64,000 bases of DNA from NCBI GenBank assembly GCA_951406725.2, contig OX597831.1, positions 41,602,001-41,666,000 on the forward strand, given 5' to 3'. Below the pieces are notes generated by a model that worked only from the letters and a program-made list of their open reading frames with translations, made no database searches and was not told the origin of the DNA. The stretch's first letter is position 1; the number at the start of each line of letters is the position of its first letter. The DNA is from Octopus vulgaris. Lineage: Eukaryota. The translations under genes were made by a program, and so were the position numbers. Shown in pieces: positions 54,560 to 64,000 of this stretch.

Positions 54560-54977
54560 TTTACTCTTTTACTTGTTTCAGTCATTTGACAATGGCCATG
54601 CTGGAGCACTGCCTTTAGTTGAGCAAATCGACCCCAGGACTTATTCTTTGTAAGCTTAGTACTTATTCTATCGGTGTCTTTTGCCGAACCACTAAGTGAT
54701 GGGGATGTAAACACACCAGCATCGATTGTCAAGCGATGTTGGGGGGACAAACACAGACACACAAACATATATACACACATCCATATATATATATACATAT
54801 ACATACATATATACGACAGGCTTCTTTCAGTTTCCCTCTACAAAATCCACTCACAAGGCTTTGGTCGGCCCAAGGCTATAGTAGAAGACACTTGCCCAAG
54901 GTGCCATGCAGTGGGACTGAACCTGGAACTATGCAGTTCATAAGCAAGCTACTTACCACACAGCCACTCCTGCACCT
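54560..54977 (-). mobile_element. Family A SINE, full length
   Basis: Reverse complement of the consensus. Confidence 0.9.
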
Positions 54978-55331
54978 ATGGAATTTTTTTTTTGTCAGAA
55001 AATAGTTCTACCCTTGGAGGAAGAATTTAAATAGTGAAAAAAAAAATACTAACAAATAACTCAACATGCTTGCAGACACACACACACACACACACTACAA
55101 ACAAGTAATTTATCTTTATGCGTGAGAGTGTTTTTGCATTTGTCCTCTACTACTACTTATAACATAGCAGCTTTGCAAAGGATAACTGACTTAATAAGTA
55201 CCAGACTTAAGAATAGGTTCTGGGGTTGAATTGTTTCAATATGCCCTTCTAGTACCACAGTCTGGTCGCAGAGTGACTGAGTCAACATATAAACAATAAA
55301 TTTTATATATATTTTAGAGATATGATTTACA

Positions 55332-55635
55332 AAGCTTGTTCCTTCTCAAGCCATGCCTGGCCCATGATGGCCAGTTTCCTGATTTCATTAGCATATAAGT
55401 TCCCCACCTGGATGGGACGCTAGTCTGTCACAGGTGAGCTGCTAGATGCAGGAGGAAAGAGTGAGAGAAAGTTGTGGCAAAAGGGTCAGCAGAAGTTCAC
55501 CATTACCTTCTGCTGGAGCCACGTAAAGCTTAGGTGTATCACCCATAAACACACACATCACCTGGTCTGAGATTTGAACTCATGATCCTTCGACTGTAAG
55601 TCCACTGCTCTAACAACTAGGCTTTGTGCCTCCAC
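55332..55635 (-). mobile_element. Older family C SINE with tail type 4
   Basis: Diverged C head and body; tail cctgtgacagactagcgtcccatccaggtgggg. Confidence 0.7.
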
Positions 55636-56063
55636 TGTGATTTACAATAATGTATCGATATTCTATAACAATAATTAATGTGGTAAATTAACCACTGTCA
55701 CTCTGTTTTGCTGTTATACTCACTCTTTTATTGGTTTCAGTGATCTGATGGTGGCCATGCTGGGGCAATACCATCAATCAAACTGAGCTTGCGACTTATG
55801 TTATTTAGTCTCAAGTTTATTTTATTGTATGCTGTTTATTGAACAACTAAACTGTGGAACTTAAACATATATGTGGATGCAGAGCAAATACATATTCTTT
55901 TATTCTTTTATTCTTTTATTCTTTTACTTGTTTCAGTCATTTGACTGCGGCCATGCTGGAGTACAACCTTTAGTCAAATAAATCAACTCCAGGACTTATT
56001 CTTTGTAAGCCTAGTACTTATTCTATCGGTTCTCTTTTGCCAATCCACTAAATTAATTTTATA

Positions 56064-56119
<56 letters not shown>

Positions 56120-56220
56120 CATATATATGTGTGTATGTATATAATATATATATACATGTGTATACAAATATATACATGCATTTACATACATGAATGTATA
56201 TACATATACATACACACACA

Positions 56221-56263
<43 letters not shown>

Positions 56264-56349
56264 ACACATATGGTCTCACTTGGCTTGCCGGGACTTCTCA
56301 AGCACAGCATATTTCCAAAGGTCTGCTATGTATGTATGTATGTGTGTGT

Positions 56350-56548
56350 GTACGTTTGTGTGTTTGTATTTGTCCCCCCCACATCGCTTGACAACCGATG
56401 CTGGTGTGTTACAGCGGTTTGGCAATAGAGACTGATAGAATAAGTACTAGGCTTACAAAGAATAAGTCCTAGGATCGATTTGCTCGACTAAAGGCGGTGC
56501 TCCAGCATGGCCACAGTCAAATGACTGAAACAAGTAAAAGAGTAAAAG
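56350..56548 (+). mobile_element. Family A SINE 3' half
   Basis: Matches the tail; an inverted tail copy lies at 55920-56040. Confidence 0.8.
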
Positions 56549-57799
56549 ATGTATATATATACATACATGCACATACATATATATACATATACAGACACAT
56601 GTATAGATATATTTGCATATGCGTGTGTGTGTGTGTGTGTGTATAGACAGTACAGGTATATCAAGTACTATATAACATAAATTGTTAATTTATTACAACT
56701 ATCTTTGCATCTTGAGAATATATCTCAATTATAAAATGATGACAGATCAGCTTCAAATGAGAAAGAGAAATGGTCTTAGGAATTCTCCAAAGTTTAGATG
56801 ACATCAACCCTCTCAGACTTGTTCAACTTTACCCTCCACCTGGCTTCCTGAGCAAAAGAATAAATAGTTGTATATACAGTTCAAGAGTAACAATTGCAGG
56901 CAAATTAATGGACTGAATAAAAAAGAAAAAAAAGAAAAAAGAAAATTCAAAAGAATAAAAATAATTAGGCCTTTCTCTAACTACTGTATTTGTAAGGCAT
57001 GCTAATGGACAAAATCACAAGAAAATTGAGGAGAATAACAATAATAGGCCTATCTCTTATTAACCATATTTGTTCACCTCATCACTCTTACTTGTTTGAT
57101 AGTTCAACTCTCAATGCTGGGTCCAAATAATGTCATTAATAATTTCCTTGACTTGTAAGAGTCTAGGCCTTGCTCATTTACAAGACAAAATGCTAGATTC
57201 AACACATACTTGTTTCATTGCAAAATTGTTTTTTTTTTCTGCAATTAAAAACAAAAGTAAACAACAACTGTGTGTGATGGCATTAACAAGGAGTCACAAA
57301 CACACTTGATTACAAGGCTGCAACATGATCAGTTGTCTGATTTGACTACTTTATCTTCTTGTTCTGACTAGAGATTACTACGTGACTGGTAATTTGACAG
57401 AGATGATATTTAAGCTATTCCTGCTACAGTGGAAGGGTTAAAGAATAGGACAGGCTTACTGACTGGAGATACAAGAACACTTGTGAACATGTGTCCCTTA
57501 CTCAACAGGGTTCATCAGCACAATACATGTTCATAGTTAATTTCTATTGAATATATATTAGATAAAGATAGATGTGGCCGGTCTATAGAGTTACTCTGGG
57601 TTTCATGTCCTTAAAGTGTTTAGCTTTAAGGCGTTTGTTCAGACCCTAGTGGCCAGTGACCTATAACCTCTGTTCAAAGTGGAAGGTGAAAATACCTTGT
57701 AGCTACTTGTAGAATGCATGGACAAAGGAGAAGTTTTCAATGCAAGAAATTGTCTCCCTTAGATCGCTACCTGTAGTCGATTTAGTCAGCTTGTAAGTT

Positions 57800-58050
57800 C
57801 CTGGACTTCAGTAGAAATCTCCAGGAGGTTAAAGCAGGGTCTGAAGATTTCCGTCCTGGAATTTAAGATGTTCTTGGGTCAAAGAGGTTCTTCAATATAT
57901 TCTTGCCTGTTCAGTTATGCCCAGCTCATAACACTTGCTCCAGTTGATGTAGGTGGCCCCATTCTTCTAGGGTCTTCCATGAAATTATGTGTGGTGTCCC
58001 TTCATCTCTCAGGTGCTGGAACATCTTAAATTACTCAACTGCTCTATAAC
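57800..58050 (-). pseudogene. Decayed Penelope GIY-YIG endonuclease C-terminus
   Basis: Across frameshifts: HLRDEGTPHIISWKTLE / ATYINWSKCYELGITEQARI / NILNSRTEIFRPC, matching the PLE W..C.LC..E..LN.R.E..C pattern. Confidence 0.6.
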
Positions 58051-58086
58051 TTAGAGTATGCTCCTCTTTCAGATATATGATTTACT

Positions 58087-58172
<86 letters not shown>

Positions 58173-58217
58173 GTATATATAAATATATGTATATATGTAT
58201 ATATAAATATATGTATG

Positions 58218-58248
<31 letters not shown>

Positions 58249-58249
58249 G

Positions 58250-58281
<32 letters not shown>

Positions 58282-58335
58282 TATTTATACATGATTATGT
58301 ATATTTATACATGATTATACATGTTTATACATGTT

Positions 58336-58417
<82 letters not shown>

Positions 58418-58775
58418 CATGATTATGCATATTTATACATGATTATACATGTTTATACAATATTATACATATTTATACATGATTATGCATATTTATACAT
58501 ATTTCTAGCTTTAATACATTAGACAGAGACCTTTGGCAATATACTGTTCCTGGGAAAACCTGTCAAGTCAAGCAATTAATGCAGTTAGCTGTACCCTAGA
58601 ACATAACTGAGAGCTACCATGGTATCCATCAAGATAATATATTCCTCTGAACTTATATCATGTGTGTGTGTGTGTTTATATATATATATATATATGTACA
58701 GGAGTAAGCACATAAATGTGAATGTGAAACAAGGTGAAAGAAGAGTACTCAAATACCAGAGGTAGAGTAACAAAA

Positions 58776-58813
58776 CTGTCTGACGAATGGGAATGCGAAA
58801 CTCTGAGTAACAG
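58776..58813 (+). ncRNA. Minimal type I hammerhead motif
   Basis: ctgt CTGACGA atgggaatgc GAAA ctc-t-gag TA acag. Stems I and III pair; stem II is weak. Confidence 0.65.
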
Positions 58814-58861
58814 GTTTTGTTATATTTCTGCTGCTTTTAAATAAAGTATACACACACACAT

Positions 58862-58906
<45 letters not shown>

Positions 58907-59382
58907 ATTTTAATCTTAAGTAATTACAATTTATTAACTTATAATTAATTTAATTTTTGTTATTTACTTATATACCATTGTATTGGTAAGTCCCCCACTG
59001 ATATTATTTAATGCCAAATCTTGTTAATTATTACATTTGTATCTATGTGTCCACGGATGCTTAAAAGTATATTTATATATAAGTACTATGAATGTTTACT
59101 CGCAAGTCACATATGAAAATAAACGGTGCGTTTGTGTACATCTGCTGTTATACATGAGTATTATTATGAGCATGTATATTTAAGTGTAATTCTATTAGTT
59201 CGTAGGTTAGGTTCTTTGATGGATAAATATTAATATTATAATGGCATTATAATATATAATTATATATATTTATACTATAAAGAATTTTTGTCTTGTCTTG
59301 TCTGTTTACACATCCCGGAATATTTCCGTATTTTGACTTCTTACAATTAATCTCTTATAATTTAATTGGGCAACGTTTCGGT

Positions 59383-60374
59383 TGTCGTAGCACAAGTTTT
59401 CCGTCGAATTCCGTAAAAAACTTTTATTTTTTTACATAAGTAATGAGAGCGAAAGAGACTAAGAGGAAGCGATTTTATGACGAGGAAGTTTCTCTTTGAA
59501 GTTACCGTGCATGGGAGCATTGATGGACATGTGTGTGTGTGTGTGTGTGTGTGTGTTTGATGGAGTGTGGGAGACAGACAGTATGTTGTGTAAGTGAAGT
59601 GCTTCTGTTAGTGTGTGTGAAGAGACAGAGAGAGTAATGTGTGAAAGAGAGAGATAACTGATTTTTTACTCGGTGTGTGTGTATATGTATGTATGTATGT
59701 GTGTATGTGTATGTATCTATGTATGTGTGTGTGTAAGTATGTGTGTGTGTGTGTATGTATGTATGACCGATTCATTGTAATTACGATGAATCGGCCATAC
59801 ATACATACACACACACACATACATACACACACACATACATACATACATATATACACACATACATACATACACACACATACACACACACACATACATACAT
59901 ACACACACACATACATACATACATACACACACATACATATACACACACACATACATACATACATATACACACACATACATACATACACACACATACATAC
60001 ACACACATACATACATATACACACACATACATACATACATACACACACATACATACACACACACACACATACATACATATACACACACACCGAGTAAAAA
60101 ATCAGTTATCTCTCTCTTTCACACATTACTCTCTCTGTCTCTTCACACACACTAACAGAAGCACTTCACTTACACAACATACTGTCTGTCTCCCACACCC
60201 CATCAAACACACACACACACACACACATGTCCATCAATGCTCCCATGCACGGTAACTTCAAAGAGAAACTTCCTCGTCATAAAATCGCTTCCTCTTAGTC
60301 TCTTTCGCTCTCATTACTTATGTAAAAAAATAAAAGTTTTTTACGGAAATCGACGGAAAACTTGTGCTACGACA
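59383..60374. repeat. ~1 kb palindrome with no central spacer
   Basis: 59383-59672 is the reverse complement of 60090-60374 (two substitutions seen, plus CA-length differences). Centre gtaa|ttac at 59780/59781. Confidence 0.95.
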
Positions 60375-61026
60375 TGCGAAACATCGCCTTTAATTGCTAT
60401 AAACCGATGTCAATTTAGTATATGTATGTTTCTATGTCTATTGATAGTCAAACAAAAATGTTTAATCTATACTTTATAACTTAGCGTACATGTGATTATA
60501 GCAATTTACGGTGAAATCAGTAAACGTTATGTTATGTAATACTATGACTACAGAAAACGGTGGCATATGCTTTGTGTACCCTACGAAAAATTACATTCTA
60601 TGTCTTGATATATAAATATATGTATCTTTATAACAAATATTTTATGGAAATATGTGAGTGGATCTTCTTAGTTAACATAGTGGCATTATTGTCGTTTTGG
60701 AGAGGCTTGATGGCTGCATAGTTACGATTATACCTCTTTTATTATTTATTTATTTATGTATTTGACGGTGTTTGTGGATATGTATGTGTATGAGTGTATG
60801 TGTGTGTGTATACATATAATTATGTATGTATGTGCGATTGATCTGTGGATGTGCGTGTGCGTATGTGCGTTTCTTGACTAACTAACCGTAAAATTTCTTT
60901 TGTGATTCAAATTTAAAACTATAAGCCAATCGAATCAATCTAGAATAATCAATATCAAGCGGACAGAAGAATCAGACTTATAGATATGTAGATGTCCGAT
61001 TGATGTACTTGGTACAGACATGGTTG

Positions 61027-61109
<83 letters not shown>

Positions 61110-61444
61110 AGTAATTTTTATTGACTTTTATAGGTTTATAATTTTATGAACTGAACTGTGTTGTTTTAAATTATTTTTTATGTATATGTCTGATTTAAAT
61201 TTAAATGTGAGTGTGCATATATTTTCCTGTAGGTTAGTTTTGGAATTAGAAGCCCAATATGTAGAATAACTGTGTTTGTTAATATATATTGATATATTTT
61301 GTTTTGTTTATTTTGTATTATTGTATTAATGAGTATATATATATATGTGTAGTATTATGAGTGTCTATGCACACGTTTTTATATTTTATATTTTTATATT
61401 TATATGTATAAAAAAATTTTTTTCACACTTATAATAAATTAAAT

Positions 61445-61555
61445 TCTCTGAAGAGGCCGTGGGACATCCTTGTTAATGTCTCATTTATACCTGCCTTATA
61501 TGGCTTATAGGTTAAATGAGGCATACTTGTCCTTACGACCGAAACAGCTGTCAGA
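61445..61555 (+). ncRNA. Type I hammerhead ribozyme motif with very long stem II and intact core
   Basis: tct CTGAAGA ggccgtgggaca...ctcattta...taaatgag...tgtccttacgacc GAAAC agct GTC aga. Confidence 0.8.
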
Positions 61556-61740
61556 TATGATATAATTATATATTATATTTTATATTTTATATTTCTATTT
61601 CCTTGTCTAATTATATTTACAATATATTTTGTATAATGCCTTTGCTGTTATGTAATGGTGTAATAAAGTATTGATTGGGTATCATCTGATGGTTGATGTT
61701 TGATTGATTTAAGTATGTTTCTCCATTTTCTAATTTTTTA

Positions 61741-61782
<42 letters not shown>

Positions 61783-62049
61783 GGCGGTGCCCCAGCAAGG
61801 CCACAGCTCGTGAGCTGAAACTAGATAAAATCTAAAAAAATCTAAAAATCTCTATATATATACACTCTGCGAGATCAGATTGGAGCCTGGTGCAGCCAAT
61901 CTGGCTCACCAGTCCTCAGTCAAACCGTCTAACCCATGTCAGCGTGGAAAGCGGACGTTAAACAATGATGATGATGATGAAGATTGGTATACACACACAC
62001 ACACACACACACATATATGAACTCACAACGTAACGGCAGACAAAATACC

Positions 62050-62746
62050 TATTTCTTTACTACCCACAAGGGGCTAAACACAGAGGGGACAAACAAAGAC
62101 AGACAAACGGATTAAGTCGATTATATCGATCCCAGTGCGTAACTGGTACTTAATTTATCGACCCCGAAAGGATGAAAGGCAAAGTCGACCGCGGCGGAAT
62201 TTGAACTCGGAACGTAGCCGCAGACGAAATACCCCTAAGCATTTCGCCCGGCGTGCTAACGATTCTGCCAGCTCGCCGCCCTGAAATACCGCTTAAGCAT
62301 TTCGCTCGGCGTGCTAACGTTTCTGCCAGCTCGCCGCCCTGAAATACCGCTTAAGCATTTCACCCGGCGTGCTAACGTTTCTGCCAGCTCGCCGCCCTGA
62401 AATACCGCTTAAGCATTTCGCCTGGCGTGCTAACGTTTCTGCCAGCTCGCCGCCCTGAAATACCGCTTAAGCATTTCACCCGGCGTGCTAACGTTTCTGC
62501 CAGCTCGCCGCCCTGAAATACCGCTTAAGCATTTCACCCGACGAGCTAACGTTTCTGCCAGCTCGCCGCCCTGAAATACCGCTTAAGCATTTCACCCGGC
62601 GAGCTAACGTTTCTGCCAGCTCGCCGCCCTGAAATACCGCTTAAGCATTTCGCTCGGCGTGCTAACGTTTCTGCCAGCTCGCCGCCCTGAAATACCGCTT
62701 AAGCATTTCACCCGGCGTGCTAACGTTTCTGCCAGCTCGCCGCCTT
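62050..62746 (-). mobile_element. Family B SINE preceded by a tandem array of its own 58-bp head
   Basis: Units start at 62226, 62283, 62341, 62399, 62457, 62515, 62573, 62631 and 62689. Confidence 0.92.
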
Positions 62747-63339
62747 TTTATACACACCTATTAATTATATTACGGCCGTCAGCCGAAGAAGCCACACTTG
62801 ACTTCAGCTCTGTATTTTGTTTTCGAAACTCGTCAGTTTTTTCCCCGGAAAATAGCGGTGTTTTCCTGTCATTTTCAACCAGGGTGGAGGATAAGGCGTC
62901 TTTCTGCTAGGGAGTTTCTTTTTCGTTAAAAGTCCCTCTATTTCTTGTGGGACTTATCAAATTTATTCCATTTTCTATTCCACGAGGAAAAATATTTTAG
63001 AATTTTACTCAATGGCAGCAACAAATAGTTTCGGGAAAGTTTCCAACGTCGATGAGAGAGGGATAGAGAGAGAGAGACAGAGGAGTGTCTTGCCATAAAA
63101 ATTAGAGCAAATGATGGTTCTTCGCCTGTTGACATGACTACTGTTAGACAAGCGAACAAGATGATCGTCTCATTCACAAACAACTGTGACACCACCGCCA
63201 CGACCACTACGAACAACAACAACAACCACAGCAACAGTAGCAACAAAATAATAACAAGAGCAACAACAGCAACAACAGCAGCAGCAGTAAAGCTTTGACG
63301 GTAAAGAAAAGTAAACAGCACAGCTACAATATTGTTACG

Positions 63340-63520
63340 CCGCCATTCAGGACCCTAGGCCTTCCGATTCCACCACGGGGCCCTAAGTCGCGACGACGAC
63401 GCTCAATAAACCGGAAATGCACCACGGGAAGTGGGGAAGGCGGCGAACGCAGCCAGGAAACAACACAACGACAACAAAAGAAAGAGACACAGCGGAAGTT
63501 GCATAATTTAGCAATTTTTT
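63340..63520. promoter_or_regulatory. Possible second CpG/ETS-rich promoter region
   Basis: Unique CpG-rich stretch with ccggaaat (63411), cgggaagtg (63425) and gcggaagtt (63492). Confidence 0.4.
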
Positions 63521-64000
63521 TTTTTTCAAAACAAAATCAAAGCATTCCAAAACAAAGGTTGACAAATCATGTTCAGAGTTCGAAAAACAATCATTTGCAT
63601 TTAAACATAATTTCAGAGTTCGAAAAAAACAAATCATTCAACATTTGACTCAATACAGTTCGGTCTTTTCAAGACAAATCATTTTACATTTAACACAAAT
63701 TTCAAAACCAACAGTCTCTTAGAGCTCCAATTTCCCCCTTTTTTTTTTACACGACAGTTCTCAAAAAAGGGCTCCTTCTCCTTTTAAAAACATTTCCAAG
63801 TTCTCTTTTTTTCTTCCTTTTCTTTTCTTTTAAAAACAGCCAACAACGCGCCTTTTTCCCTCTTTTCTTTCTCTTTCTTTTTTTTACATCTAAACATCGA
63901 AATTAAAAACACAAATAAAAAACATTACCGCAAGTTCCGCGCCTGCAACACTCCCTGAACATCACAAAACTCCCATTATAACAGTCCGGCTTCTTTATGT

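Noticed and set aside
62226-62746. CRISPR-like regular array
   Set aside because: Contiguous tandem units with no unique spacers, derived from a SINE head; eukaryotic context and no cas genes.
62770-63321. Protein-like minus-strand frames near the right end
   Set aside because: Interrupted by stops, weak splice signals and no recognisable domain.

Overview
AT-rich, microsatellite-saturated animal genomic DNA. The tRNA-derived SINE families, dense TA/TAA/TATG/GATA tracts and TE mix suggest a cephalopod (octopus-type) genome; this is an inference. Almost every ORF in the supplied track is a microsatellite or SINE artefact. The only host coding sequence I recognise is a minus-strand exon at 4419-4473 encoding the N-terminus of an SLC16/monocarboxylate transporter (PVDRGWAWVVL). 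A CpG-rich promoter-like island lies at about 47.5-47.9 kb, and there are several unproven candidate exons. The rest is transposon debris: Penelope-like RT and GIY-YIG fragments, R4/Dong LINE 3' ends stacked in (TAA)n, Helitrons, mariner, a D36E Tc1, a DD37D maT, a gypsy integrase remnant and MITEs. The most striking signal is at least six readable type I hammerhead ribozyme motifs, plus decayed ones. They sit on short non-coding elements that end in (TA)n-type microsatellites, several have unusually long stem II, and they look like a Penelope pLTR/retrozyme-like system. Other highlights are a ~1 kb loopless palindrome, a 2.4 kb TSD-bounded block inserted into the centre of an older palindrome, a Tc1 with an inverted end, and one SINE head carrying four different tails. 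All calls were read by eye, so repeat boundaries are approximate.
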